Part shown: positions 26,735 through 39,957 of the stretch, one piece after another
Layout: each line of letters starts with the position of its first letter
How positions within the stretch are numbered: the stretch's first letter is position 1
NCBI GenBank assembly: GCA_964016885.1
Contig: CAXHJY010000761.1
Location: 1-39,958 of the forward strand
Length of the DNA stretch: 39,958 nucleotides
Direction of reading: 5' to 3'
Source: Eledone cirrhosa
Lineage: Eukaryota
Position numbers and translations under genes: made by a program
The notes under the pieces: generated by a model
The model's input: the letters and a program-made list of their open reading frames with translations, nothing else
What the model was told of the DNA's origin: nothing
Database searches by the model: none

Positions 26735-29700
26735 TTCACACTTCCAACCCACCTCCACCACGTTTGTTATACATGCCCGACGCTGTACGATAACCGCTCC
26801 CTTGTGAGTACATTATCGAACAGGCAAGGGGTGGACGGAGGCTCCGTAAGCCGTAGTGTAGGCAACCCGTCTAGGAGAGCTACCACTCCGAATAAATTGG
26901 TGCGGGGTAGAGAAGTCCAGTAAGACAACTTCTCTAGTGCTGGTGGCACGAATAAAAGCACCCAGTCCATGCTTTAAAATGGAGGGGTGGATAGGGCCCC
27001 TGAGTCCAGTAAGACGATCTCTCTAGTGCTGGTGGCACGAATAAAAGCACCCAGTCCATGCTGTAAAATGGAGGGGTGGATAGGGCCCCTGAGTCCAGTA
27101 AGACGATCTCTCTAGTGCTGGTGGCACGAATAAAAGCACCCAGTCCATGCTATAAAGTGGTGCTGGTGTTAGGAAGGGCATCCAACCAGTATATATACTA
27201 CTGCCAAACACTATGAACACAACGATTGAAATTTGCAACAAGTGCGTAAACAGCAATAACACTAACCATGTTAGGGCTGCGCATGGTAGTGGGGTGGCTA
27301 GTGAGGCCATGTGTGAGAACCCTACGACCGTCATCAAGCAATCGCACAGCAGGAAAAAGAACGAGACGTCGCCTCTCAGAGTTGCTACATTTAATGTTGG
27401 CACTCTAACAGGTAGATCTGGTGAGATAGCGGAGATGCTGGAGAGAAGGCATGTGGATGTGTGCAAGAGGTGAGATGGAGAGGTGCCTCTGCAAGACTAA
27501 TCGCAGACAAACATCGTAGTTATAAGCTTTTCTGGGTGGGTGGGCATATTACTGGCTGAGCGGTGGATCAATAAGACAATAGAGGTAGTTAGAGTTAGTG
27601 ATGGAATAATTAAGCTTAGATTAGTTGTAGGCAAGAGACTACTGACAATCATCTCTGCCTATGCTCCCCAGGCAGGCCTAGGTAAAGAAGAGAAAGACTG
27701 CTTTTACGAGCAACTTTTACAAACAGCCTCAATGACAGAGGACAGAGACATCGTTATGCTAGCAGGGGACTTCAATGGACATGTTGGACAGCTCCAGGAT
27801 GGATACACTGGGGTACATGGAGGGCACGGTTACGGCTCAAGAAATGAAGGAGTGAGGCTTCTTGAATTTTGTGATGCAAATGCACTAACCATTTGCAACA
27901 CTAACATCCAGAAGCCTATCAACCACCTAATAACCTACAAATCAGGCGAGCACATAAGCCAGATTGACTTCCTGGTAGTTAGACAGCGAGACAGACAGAT
28001 GGTGTCAAATACTAAGGCATACCCTGGGGAAGAATGTACTCCACAGCATAGGTTAGTCGTTAGTGACATCTCAGTAAGCATGAGAAAGAATGAAACATAC
28101 AGGAAGGTATGGCGAAGAAAGGTCTGGAAGCTAAAAGACCTTTCATTAAAATATAAATTTAGCAAAGCCCTTCAAGACGTGTATGACGAAAAATAAGACG
28201 ATTTAGAATCATATGACATAGATGATAACTGGAATTTCATACGTGACAACTTACTGCAGGCTACTGAAGATACCACATGGTTGGGGCAGAGCTTCAATCA
28301 GACAGCACGGTAGATAGGGCCATTAGAGACAAAAGACTGGCATGGAAGGCTTGGAAAATGGTGGGAGTAGGGAAGGATACACAGCTGCTAGGAGAGAAGC
28401 TAGACGTCAGGTGTACTTAGCACGCAGGGAGGCTGAGAGTAGGAGGTTTGCCAATGTTCTGCGACGGGAAGATCAGAGACGTGCGGTGTTCCGCATTGCA
28501 AGGCAGTGTGTCAGTGCAAACAGGATGGTGTTGGAGATAAATGTGTCCGGAATGATGCCGGTGTACTTAGTGTCACGAATGATAAAAAAAAAAGGAGGCC
28601 TGGAAATGTCACTATGAGAGATGATGAATGTGGAGAATGAATGGGAGAGAGAGAAATTACCCCCAGTAGACCCAACAGAGGGACCAGCTATTAAGATTGA
28701 CGAATATAGGGTACAAGAGGCAATTAAAGAAATGAAGAATGGTAAGGCTGCTGGACCGACGGGGATAGTTGCTGAGATGCTGAAGGCATCAGGTGAAGTA
28801 GGCATTAAACTGGTTGCACACATCATCAATAAAGTTATATATGGTGGTGTCATACCCAAAGACTGGTGCAGCAGTATTCTCATAAATTGCTACAAAGGTA
28901 AAGGGGATGCTCCAGAGAGGAGCAATTATAGGGGCATAAAGCTGATGATATGAAAGTCGCAGAGAGAATATTAGCGCAACTTATTAGAGAAAGGGTCAAA
29001 TTAGATGAGATACAGTTTGGTTTCGTGCCTCGGAAAAGTACAGCAGATGCTCTCTTGGTGAGACAACTACAAGAGAAGAATAAGCCACTATACTTAGCTT
29101 TTGTTGACCTAGAGAAGACCTTTGATAGGGTACCCCGATCTGTCATCTGGTGGTCCCTAATGAAACTAGGTGTGAGGGCAGTGCAAGCTATGTACAGGGG
29201 TGCTGTCAGTAAAGTGAGAGTAGGTATGGAGTTTAGTGAGGAATTCCAGATACAAGTAGGTGTACATCAGGGTTCGGTCCTTAGCCCGCTCTTGTTCATT
29301 ATAGTCCTTCAAGCCATAACAGAGGAGTTTAAGACTGGATGCCCATGGCAACTTCTCTATGCTGATGATCTGGTTCTTATAGCAGAATCAGTAGAGGAGC
29401 TAGAGAATAAATTCTGGCTATGAAAACAGCAGTTGGAATCAAGAGGATTGAGAGTGAACCTAGCTAATACAAAAGTGTTGATAAGTAGAAGAGAGGACAA
29501 TACTCCGATTCCATCAGGGAAATAGCCATGTTCGATATGTAGGAAAGGAACTGGCATACATTCCATAAAATGTACGCAATGCAGATCTTGGGTACACAAG
29601 AGATGTAGTGGGATAGCAGGCAAACTAACAGGTAGGGAAAACTACGTATGCAGTAGATGTACAGGGAAAGTTGGCAGTATTAATCGCAGTGATAGACACA

Positions 29701-30322
29701 TTTTTCCAATGCAGGTGGATTCTATAGAAGTGGTTGATAGCTTCCGGTACCTAGGTGATCAGATTAGCATGGTGGGAGGGGGGGGTTTCCGAGGCCATAG
29801 TATCTAGAATAAGGACGGGTTGGAAGAAGTTTAGGGAGCTGCTTCCTTTGTTGACAAAGAAGGGTTTCTCCCTGCACACGAAAGGACGGTTATATGATGC
29901 CCGTGTGAGATGCGCGATGCTGCATGGTAGTGAGACTTGGGCGGCAACTGCAGAGGATATGCGACGGCTGGAGAGAAATAAAGCAAGTATGCTCCGTTGG
30001 ATGTGCAATGTCAATGTGCGTGAACGACCAAGCATGGACGAGTTGAGAAAGAAAATGGGTATAAGAGGGATAAGTTGTGGTATGCAGGAGAGAAGGCTGA
30101 GATGGTATGGGTAAAGAAGTGCCAAGAAATGCCAGTAGGAGGAAGACGCAGTAGAGGTAGACCACGAAAAACATAGGCGGAGGTGGTGAGAGCAGACCTC
30201 AGATCGGTGAAACTCACGGAGGAGATGACGAAGGACAGTGACAAGTGGAGAGATGCTGTGATGAATAGGACCCGTCCAACCCTTGCAAGCAGGGAAAAGC
30301 GGACGTATGATGATGATGATGA
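26735..30322 (+). mobile_element. Near full-length but decayed RTE LINE (5' UTR, APE endonuclease, RT, PHD-like finger, (GAT)n tail)
   Basis: APE motifs (LRVATFNVGTL, SAYAPQ, GDFNGHVG, SQIDF, QHRLV) at 27213-28196. RT pieces at 28621-30306 are homologous to 1-2127 with many stops and frameshifts; the 3' end is the same. Confidence 0.93.
26914..27160 (+). repeat. 89-bp tandem repeat (about 2.8 units) in the RTE 5' UTR
   Basis: AGTCCAGTAAGAC starts at 26914, 27003 and 27092. Confidence 0.9.
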
Positions 30323-30350
30323 CATATATATATATATGTATTCATATATA

Positions 30351-30399
<49 letters not shown>

Positions 30400-30410
30400 T
30401 CATATATATA

Positions 30411-30678
30411 TGGAGGAGTGGTAAGGGTGTTTATTTTACGATCATAATGTCGTGAGTTCGATTCCTGGGCTGCGTGTTGTGTTCTTGAGCAAAACACTTC
30501 ATTTCACGTTGCTCCAGTATACTCAGCTGTAAATGAGTAGCAGCAATAGCTGGAGGTTTAGCCCTGCGATGGACTGGCGTCCTGTCCAGGGAGGGAGTCT
30601 TGTACTCTCAGTCTCTTCCCGCCATGAAACCGGGAGAAGCACCGGCCAAATGAGGCTTCTGGCTTAAGGCAGACTTTA
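30411..30678 (+). mobile_element. tRNA-head SINE with CORE-like body
   Basis: A/B-box-like AGTGGTAAG and GAGTTCGATTCC, then TGTGTTCTTGAGCAAAACACTT, CCCTGCGATGGACTGGCGTCCTGTCCAGG, and a microsatellite tail. Confidence 0.75.
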
Positions 30679-30699
30679 GACATACATAGACATATATAT

Positions 30700-30874
30700 A
30701 TATATGTATGTGTGTGTGTATGTGTGAATGTATGTATTATGTATGTATGTATGTATGTATGTGTGTGTGTGTGAATGTATGTATTATGTATGTATGTATG
30801 TGTGTATGTATGTGTGTGTGTATGTATGTGTGTATGCATGTATGTATGTGTGTATACATGTATGTGTGTGTGTA

Positions 30875-30907
<33 letters not shown>

Positions 30908-31305
30908 ATGTATGTATGTATGTATGTGTGAATGTATGTATTATGTATGTATGTAAGGGGCGGTGGATTGGCAGTATCAATAGAGGGTCGGACGCCATGC
31001 TTTCCAGCATAGTTACGTCCCTTTACGATCTGAGTTCAAATCCCGCCGAGGTTGACTTTGCCTTTCATCCTTACGGGGTCGATAAAATAAAGTACCAGTA
31101 ATGCACTGGGTAATTGCTGGCCTTGTGCCTAAAGTAGAAACAATTATGTATGTATGTATGTATGTATGTATGTGTGTTTGTGTGTATGTATGTATGTATG
31201 TATGTGTGTGTGTATGTATGTGTGAATGTATGTATGTATGTGTGTGTGTATGTATGTATGTATGTATGTATGTGTGAATGTATGTATTATGTATGTATGT
31301 ATGTA

Positions 31306-31338
<33 letters not shown>

Positions 31339-31396
31339 GTGAATGTATGTATGTATGTGTGTATGTGTGTGTGTGTATGTATGTGTGTATGTGTGT

Positions 31397-31443
<47 letters not shown>

Positions 31444-31457
31444 TACGTGGGTGTGTG
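30700..31457. repeat. (TG)n/(TATG)n microsatellite interrupted by a SINE
   Basis: Seen directly. Confidence 0.9.
30956..31146 (+). mobile_element. tRNA-head SINE
   Basis: GGCGGTGGATTGGCAG..GAGTTCAAATCCCGCC..; near-identical to 31744-31929. Confidence 0.88.
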
Positions 31458-31621
31458 TCCAATTATAGCCAGCTCACCTCTTATATATATTTATATGAAA
31501 CCTCGGAATTTTACCATCCTTAAATAAGTTTTTTTACTTGCTATCCTATTTGAAAATAATCGAAATTTTACCATCTATGTAAGTTCTTTGACTTGCTGTC
31601 CGTCCGATTTTTCTTTGGCAA

Positions 31622-31656
<35 letters not shown>

Positions 31657-31743
31657 TAAAATAACAGATTAAAGTTTAAGCAAAGAATCGCTGCTTTCAC
31701 CCTTAACGGGATCTTCTGAAACTTTAATCTATTATTATTACTA

Positions 31744-31929
31744 TGGTGGATTGGCAGTATCAGTAGAGGGTCGGACGCCATGCTTTCCAGCATAGTTACG
31801 TCCCTTTACGATCTGAGTTCAAATCCCGCCGAGGTTGACTTTGCCTTTCATCCTTACGGGTCGATAAAATAAAGTACCAGTAATGCACTGGGTAATTGCT
31901 GGCCTTGTGCCTAAAGTAGAAACAATTAT
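31744..31929 (+). mobile_element. tRNA-head SINE (near-identical to the 30956 copy)
   Basis: Direct sequence match. Confidence 0.88.
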
Positions 31930-31932
31930 TAC

Positions 31933-31978
<46 letters not shown>

Positions 31979-32053
31979 GTAAGAATCGATCTTATAACAA
32001 CTTTTCTCTTAGATCTTCTTGTACCATTACGCCTGTATAATCGTACAAACACG

Positions 32054-32097
<44 letters not shown>

Positions 32098-32424
32098 ACA
32101 ATTTTATTGTATTGTATTTTATTTCATTTTTCATAATTCCTAATTTTAGAAAGGGCATTAATACTCCTGTATATAATCTATGACATTGTCTTCATTGATA
32201 TTATTATTTATCGATTACCAACATGGTTTGGTTCCTTGTTATATCTTGGTGGACTGTTGACTTTTGGGTGTTGATTTTTATAGAATCGTCGCTGAATGTC
32301 TTGGGGTCAGGAGACGAACCCCAAAAAATATATTTTTCACTGAATTCTCGGGTACATAGGCGAATTACTGTTCCTGGGTGTATGATTTGAGGGTGATTTA
32401 ACTGTTGTTTCTATTAAGAAAGTT

Positions 32425-32630
32425 ACACACACACACAAACACACATGCACTCACACACAAGCACTCACACACACGCACTCAAACATTCAACCGCTCACAC
32501 TCAAGCACTCACACACAAGCACTCACACACAAGCACTCACACACAAGCAATCACACACAAGCACTCACACTCAAGCACTCACACACAAGCACTCACACTC
32601 AAGCACTCACACACATGCATACATACACAC
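32425..32630. repeat. 14-bp (CACACACAAGCACT)n minisatellite
   Basis: Seen directly. Confidence 0.85.
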
Positions 32631-33551
32631 GTAGCTATCGTCTGCTAATGTGGTTCTTATAAAAATTGTAAGCTTCGTTATTTTCTATTAGCAGTATTAT
32701 TATTATTGAGGTGAAATTAGGATTTAGACGAATACTTTGCTCTTTCGTTGTCTGGTTTTATTCATTCATTTATTTTTAGATATTTTAAACCGGTGGAGCG
32801 ACCAACTAGAAACTTGATGTCGTTGGATCGCAAGTTTTTTTTCAACCGATTTTACTAACGGTCCAAGGGAAGGAATCTACTCAGGCCTTCTTCGGAAGGC
32901 TTCAAGATTTACTTCCCTTGAACGAGTACTTCGTATTAAAATAATATTCACCATTTCTCCATTTTTATGGCTAATTTCACAGTATTTCCTGTTACTGTCA
33001 CCGGTAGTTATCCAGCGCTCTACCGATTTTAATATTAATAGCAGTCTTGTGAATATTTCTGAGATATTCTTTTATATATATTCTTCAAATGTGTTTATCG
33101 ATTTGCTTAATAGCAGACGACATTAAAACATTGTTGAGTTTTGTTAATTTTTTTTTCTAAATAACTGTTGAATAAAACAAGAAAATTGAACAAAGATAAC
33201 AAAAACACCATCACTATTTTTTTCCTTTTCAAATGATAACTATTTTGTATAACACTTTCTTTGTCGTATTTCTAATGAAATAGTCTCCATTTCAATTAAT
33301 TAATGAAGAATTATGAAGGATTTAGTAAAATTATTATTTCATTATTAAGATAGTAACTTAACAAATGCTTCTTATATAAAATTATGTTGGAAAATTTAAA
33401 TTTAAATTGGAACCCTTTAAAATTTGCAGTTTTGTTTCATAGAACCAGAACCAATTTCAGTTGAGTTGGTATTAAAATGGTTAATGAAACATTTTGAGGG
33501 ATTTACTAAAATTATTATTTATTTCATCATAAAGTTAACTTAATATCTGGT

Positions 33552-33786
33552 TTTCTTCTTTGTCCACTTTTACCTGAGAGGGTCGTGGGTCAGAGTCCTC
33601 AAACACTCCTTCCAGCGGGTCATGTCAGAAGCAACCGTCTCCAACTGATCCAGCTTGATTCCCAAGAGAGACCAGCCAAACTCATGGATGTTATCCAACT
33701 ATCTACTCGGGGTCTACTACCGGGTCTCCTGCCAGTTGGTTTTGGCAGCAATTCTTTTCTGGGACATTCTAACCACATGCCCACAG
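33552..33786 (-). mobile_element. 5'-truncated RTE-like insertion with an 11-bp TSD
   Basis: Minus strand GHVVRM..KPTGRRP..RPR..LGI..VASD..RW. TAATATCTGGT direct repeats at 33541-33551 and 33787-33797. Confidence 0.8.
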
Positions 33787-33934
33787 TAATATCTGGTATA
33801 ACATAATTATATAAAAATCATACTGAAATATTTTAATTTAAATATGAACCCTTTAAATGGGTAGTTTTGTTTCCTAGAACCAGAGAGAGTTGTACCACTT
33901 CCAGTGTTAGTCAAGCACAATAACATTTGATTTT

Positions 33935-34870
33935 TCTGTCTCTCTCCCTCTCTCTCTCTCTTCCACTTGCATTCTCTCTCTCTGTCTCTTTCTCTCTGTC
34001 TCTCTCGCTCTTCCACTTTCTTTCTCTCTCCCTCTCTCTCTCTCTCTCTTCCACTTTCATTCACTCTCTCTCTCTTTTTCTCTTCCTATGTCTCTGTGTG
34101 TGTCTCTTCCATGTTCTCTCACTCTCTCTCTCTCTCTCTCTTTCACTTTCTTTCTGTCTCTCTCTCTCTCTTGTACGGGACTGATGGTGGGACTTTTTTT
34201 TATCAATAACTCCCCGTCCACACACACACACACACTACTGTCATCATCACAACCATCACTACCACCATCATCATCACTATCACCACCATTATCACCATCA
34301 CCACCATCATCACTTATCATCATCACCATTACCACCATCACTACCCCATCATCACCACCATCACCCTTATCACTATCACCACCATTACCACCACCATCAT
34401 CACCATTGCGACCACCATTACCACCATCACTACCCCATCATCACCACCATCACCCTTATCACTATCACCACCCCATCATCACCACCATCACCCTTATCAC
34501 TATCATCACCATTACCACCATCACTACCACCATCATCACCACCATCACCCTTATCACTATCACCACCATTACCACCATCACTACCACCATCATCACCATT
34601 GCGACCACCATTACCACCATCACTACCCCTATCATCACCACCATCACCCTTAACACTACCACCATCATCACTATCACCACCATTACCACCATCACTACCC
34701 CCATCATCATCACCATCACCCTTATCACTACCACCTTCATCACTATCACCACCATTACCATCATCACTATCACCACCATTACCACCATCACTACCACCAT
34801 CATCACCATTGCGACCACCATTATCACCATCACTACCACCATTATCACTATCACCACCATCATCATCATC
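33935..34870. repeat. (CT)n tract followed by a degenerate (CAC/CAT)n trinucleotide array (about 34240-34870)
   Basis: Seen directly. Confidence 0.9.
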
Positions 34871-36267
34871 ACAAGCATTTTAACAATTTTAAAAAAAAAA
34901 AAAAAAAAAAACCAACAAAAAAAGATACAAACCATTTCCAATGTCTGGTATAATTATTATTATTATTATTATCATTATTAATTTTTTTTTTCCATTGTAA
35001 ATTATACAATTTTTTTTTTTTTTCACATTAAACATTTCTGTCAGATCAGTCTTTTTTTTTCTTTTAATTTTTTTGTTTTTCATTTTATAATAGCAGTTTT
35101 GCTGTCAATAATAATTATCATTATTATTATCAATATTATTATTATTATTATCCATAGTTTCCTACATTTTTGTACAAAGTTTCTTTTTTTTCCTTCTTTC
35201 TTTATCATTTTATTGTTTTGTTTTGTTTTGTATTTTTTTTTCAAATCTTTCCTCTTCATTCAAGAGGGGGGGGGGGGGGGTAGTGAGGTTTTTTTTTTGT
35301 ACCAGTTTTTTTTTTTTTCCTTTTTCAAATCATGTGTTTTTGTTTTGTTTTGTTGGTTGTTGTTTGGGGATAATCTTTTTTATATTTTTTATATTTTCAC
35401 CCTCTCTGTCTCTCTCGATATATATATGTGTATCTGTGAGAGAGCATCTATATATCTATCTATCTATATATTTATTTTATATATATATATATATTTAATT
35501 TATATATATATATATATTTATATTTTATATCTATCTATTTATTTTATATATATATATATATACACATATATATTTATATATATATATTTATTATATATAT
35601 ATTTATATATATATATTTATTTATATATTTATTTATATATATATATATGAGTGTGTGTGTATATATATATATGTACATATATATATAATATATATATACA
35701 CACATATATATATGCAAGTATATAGAGGAGAGTAAATTTTTTCACATCCTAAAGGTAACTCATTTGTAAATTGATATTTTGGAGGGTGTTTTTTTTTTGG
35801 TTTTCTTTCTTTTTTCTTTTTTTGTTATATATTTTTTTTAAATTTAGGGGTTTGGTTGGATGGGTAGGTGGATGGTTGGTGGGTGGATGGTTGGTTGGTG
35901 GGTGGGTGGCATGGAGTGAGGGAGGAGATGAATAAACTACGAGATCAAACCTACTTGACTAGAATACATTACCATTATTATTATTATTATTGTCACCACC
36001 ACCACCACCACCGCTTTATTTCACATTGTCTTTTTGTTCAAATATTATTATTATTAATCTTTGGCTTTTTTTTTCTTTGGTGGGTGGGGTCAGTGGTGGA
36101 GGTGATGTCCTTTTTTTTATTTATTTTAAAATTTCTTCTTCTTCTTCTTCTTCTTCTTCTTCTTCTTCTTCTTCTTCTTCTTCTTCTTCTTCTTCTTCCA
36201 TTGTTTAATTTGCGTTCTCTCTTTCTGTCTTCAAATTCTTTTGATTTAAATTATATATTCACACAGG

Positions 36268-36301
<34 letters not shown>

Positions 36302-36390
36302 ATCATACATACATACATACATACTTATATATATATGTATATATGGATTTATATATATATATTATATATATATATTTAGATATTCATATA

Positions 36391-36445
<55 letters not shown>

Positions 36446-36868
36446 TTTTAAAAGTTATTTTTCTCACTGTTCTGCTGTTGTTTTCTTTTTAATTAATGTA
36501 CCATCATTAATTATTATCCCGTATATAACGAACAGTTCCTATTTAATTAGCATCTCATATCAAATCTATTCACAATGAGGTAATTAAGTGGATTCCTTTA
36601 ATTGCAATAGATCATTAATTGTTTTAATTAATATAGGTTTGTTTTGAGTCGTGGTTTTCTGGCAGTTTTTTTAATTTTTGTAAGCCTGTGTGTGTAGTAT
36701 ATATATATCTTTATATACACACATATATATATTTATATATACACTCACATACAAATGGATTCGAATGAACATTTGTGTTTACAAATGTGGAAGAACAAGT
36801 GGCTATATATATATATACATATATACACAAAGATTCCATCCTTTCTGTATCTTATAAAAGAAAGCGCT

Positions 36869-36916
<48 letters not shown>

Positions 36917-37358
36917 TATATGCGCTTGTGTGTGTGTATGTATTTAAGTATGTATGTATATATTTATGTATGTATTTATTTAAGTATGTATGTATGTATA
37001 TATTTATATATGAATGTGTATTTATGTATGCATATATTTATGTATGTATGTGTGTGTATGTATATATTTATATATGTATGTGTATTTATGTATATATTTA
37101 TATATTTATGCAAGTATTTATATATTTATGCATGTATACATATATATATATATGTATGTATGTGTGTGTATGTATATATTTATATATGTATGTGTATTTA
37201 TGTATATATTTATATATTTATGCAAGTATATATATATTTATATATTTATGCATGTATGCATATATTTACGTATGTATGTATGTATGTGTATGTATGTATG
37301 TATGTATTATATACATGCCATCATCATCATAATAACCACCGTTTAACGTCTGTTTAAC

Positions 37359-37397
<39 letters not shown>

Positions 37398-37500
37398 CAC
37401 ACACACACATATATTTGTATATATATATATATAATATGTATGTGTGTAATCCAATTTGAGAAAAGCATCCTTTTGAACAGTGTTCTCAGTGATACAGAGT

Positions 37501-39957
37501 TCACCTCCAGGTGTTACCTTCACCATAGTCCGACTGTTTGGAAACGGACGAGGACAAACCTTCAAAGTCGTCGACACTGCTGTTTCCATTTCCAGAGTTC
37601 CTTCGGGAAGAATTTATCTTGAAGTAGCTGCTCATTTCTTTTCTGTCTTTCCTGTCGTCGTCGTTGTTGTTGTTGTTGTTGTTGTTTTTCTTCTCCTTCT
37701 TCTTCTGCATCTTAGACTCATCTGCAACCAGCAACAGTGAGTCTTCTTCTCCTTCTTCTTCTTCTTCTTCTTCTTCTTCTTCTTCTTCTTCTTCTTCTTC
37801 TTCTTCTTCATCCTTATCATCATCATCATCATCATCATCATCTGAATGTAATAATCCCTGCACCGAAGAAGTATTGGTCTCTATCACACTTTCTCTGTGA
37901 TTGATTTTTTTAAACGTGAACTTGATGCCATCACTCTTGTTTGATCTCTTGTTGTTTGGGGTGGAGGTGGAGGTGTTCACAACATCATCATCATCATCAT
38001 CATTGTTATCATCATCGTTATCATCATTGTTATCATCATCGTTATCATCATCGTTATCATCATTGTTATCATCATCGTTATCATCATTGTTATCATCATT
38101 GTTATCATCATCGTTATCATCATCGTTATCATCATTGTTATCATCATTGTTATCATCATCGTTATCATCGTTATCATCATTGTTATCATCATCGTTATCA
38201 TCATTGTTATCATCATCGTTATCATCATCATCGTTAACATGGACATTGTCATCGCCATCTACATCTACGTCGATGTTATCATCATCATCATCATCATCAT
38301 TAACATTACCATAGTCGTCACCAGCAATGCCTACATCATCAACATCGTTGCTTACGTTATTTACAGTTTTCATTTCAACATCATCATCATCATCATCATC
38401 ATCTGTTTCGAGCTCCTTTATTTTCATCTTTGCCTTCATTTTTTTCCTCTTCAAAATGGTTTCTTTTTTCTTTTTATTTACAATAGCATCAAACTCATCA
38501 TCATCATCATCATCGTTAGTATTATTATTATTAGTGTTATTATTATTATTACGATCATCATCATGGCACATCCTGAAGACCCTGTCATGTACATCCTTGT
38601 CGTCATCAGCATGGTGGGTCATGACGTCATCACCATCATCATCATCATCATCGTCATCATCATCGTCAGCCTCGACACCTTCATCGTTATCGTTAATGTT
38701 TTCAACGAGGAGACCGTCGTCATCATCATCATCGTCATCTTCTTCATCATCGTCACCGGCGTCAATGCCACCGTCATCGTCGTTACTGCTCCCCCCCGTG
38801 TGAGGTGGTAGTGGTGGTGGTGGTGGTGCTGGTGCTGGTGTTAAATGCTGCTTTCGTTTCTCTTCCGATAGTGAAGGGTTCGAATCTAGTCTGTGCCTTG
38901 TGTCCTTGATCGCACCCACTAAACTGATGTCATCATCATCATCATCATCATCATCACCACCACCAATACCACCATCATTATCATCTTCATCAACATCATC
39001 ACCGTAAGCATCAACACTATCTTCGTTAAGAACCCCGTCCTCTTCTTCGTCGTCTCCCACGACAACACCGCCATCCACATCAACATCATCATCATCATCA
39101 TCATCACCATCGACGTTCTTAACATTCTGACCATTGTTGTCATCACCACTGCCGCCACCACCACCAACATCATCATCAATATCAATGTCAATATCACCAT
39201 CATCATCATCATCACGGTCCATTTGGTCGGACATGTCCAGCCTCTGGCCCCTGTCGATGCCATCTATATCCTCGGACACTTTCATGTCGTTACATGCTGT
39301 GGGGGAAGTGGTGGATGCCTCTTTTCCTGAGTTTTTACCTGTCGGCGGCCCAACCAAGTCAATATCATCATCGTCGTCACCATCGCCTTCATGGACATTG
39401 GTTTCCATAGCAACAGCATCCACCTCTTCGCCGTCTTTCGACGAACGTTTAGCTTTCGTCTTCACTTTCTCCACGACTCTGTCATCGCCATTGACACCAC
39501 CAGAGCTACCGTCCTCATTTTCAACATCCAGCCACGATTCCATGTCACACACGCTCAACCCTCTCTCTCCCCCATCCTCGTCTCTACCTTCTTCAACATC
39601 ATCATCATCATCATCATCATCATCCATGTCATCTATGTCACCCTCGTCCTCGGAGCTCGACCTCACATTGAGGTCCTCGTAAGAGACGGCAGTCGACTTG
39701 AGGTCAACCATCGTCACCCCGTGGTGAGAGATCAGGTTGTAGAAACGCTCGCAGTCCATGGTGAGAAAGTCGGTGACCTCAACGAACGGGTCAAGATCGA
39801 CGGGTGACCACTTGGTAGACAAGCTGGACGGGGGTGAGGGAGATATCTCAATGCTTATAACTCTGTCGGGGTGCTTCTTTAGGCTGTGCTCCCGTACTTC
39901 TTGTTCCTCAACCGAGGAGAAAGAACAACAGCCGCAGTAGAAGAGGAAGCCCTCAAT
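37501..39957 (-). CDS. Large, probably terminal exon of a C2H2 zinc-finger protein with a very long Asp/Glu-rich tail (5' partial)
   Basis: The frame stays open upstream of the tracked start to the window edge: IEGFLFYCGCCSFSSVEEQEVREHSLKKHP (C-x2-C-x12-H-x4-H, 39871-39942). Over 800 codons without a stop, all repeats are triplet multiples, basic NLS-like patch KKKKETILKRKKMK, stop at 37501-37503. Confidence 0.8.
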   Translation of the reverse strand: MEGFLFYCGCCSFSSVEEQEVREHSLKKHPDRVISIEISPSPPSSLSTKWSPVDLDPFVEVTDFLTMDCERFYNLISHHGVTMVDLKSTAVSYEDLNVRSSSEDEGDIDDMDDDDDDDDDVEEGRDEDGGERGLSVCDMESWLDVENEDGSSGGVNGDDRVVEKVKTKAKRSSKDGEEVDAVAMETNVHEGDGDDDDDIDLVGPPTGKNSGKEASTTSPTACNDMKVSEDIDGIDRGQRLDMSDQMDRDDDDDGDIDIDIDDDVGGGGGSGDDNNGQNVKNVDGDDDDDDDVDVDGGVVVGDDEEEDGVLNEDSVDAYGDDVDEDDNDGGIGGGDDDDDDDDDISLVGAIKDTRHRLDSNPSLSEEKRKQHLTPAPAPPPPPLPPHTGGSSNDDDGGIDAGDDDEEDDDDDDDDGLLVENINDNDEGVEADDDDDDDDDDDGDDVMTHHADDDKDVHDRVFRMCHDDDRNNNNNTNNNNTNDDDDDDEFDAIVNKKKKETILKRKKMKAKMKIKELETDDDDDDDDVEMKTVNNVSNDVDDVGIAGDDYGNVNDDDDDDDNIDVDVDGDDNVHVNDDDDNDDDNNDDNDDDNNDDNDDNDDDNNDDNNDDNDDDNDDDNNDDNNDDNDDDNNDDNDDDNDDDNNDDNDDDNNDDDDDDVVNTSTSTPNNKRSNKSDGIKFTFKKINHRESVIETNTSSVQGLLHSDDDDDDDDDKDEEEEEEEEEEEEEEEEEEEGEEDSLLLVADESKMQKKKEKKNNNNNNNNDDDRKDRKEMSSYFKINSSRRNSGNGNSSVDDFEGLSSSVSKQSDYGEGNTWR

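Noticed and set aside
31660-31736. 18-bp inverted repeat (1 mismatch)
   Set aside because: Real, but short and AT-rich, with no TSD or second copy to assign it.
30956-31929. B-box sequences as tRNA genes
   Set aside because: No cloverleaf; they are heads of a multi-copy SINE.
34088-34981. Thr/Pro/Ser-rich mucin-like ORFs
   Set aside because: Degenerate trinucleotide repeat open in several frames on both strands, with no unique coding sequence.
37632-39940. Alternative-frame and + strand ORFs over the acidic exon
   Set aside because: Shadows of the triplet-repeat-rich minus-strand CDS.
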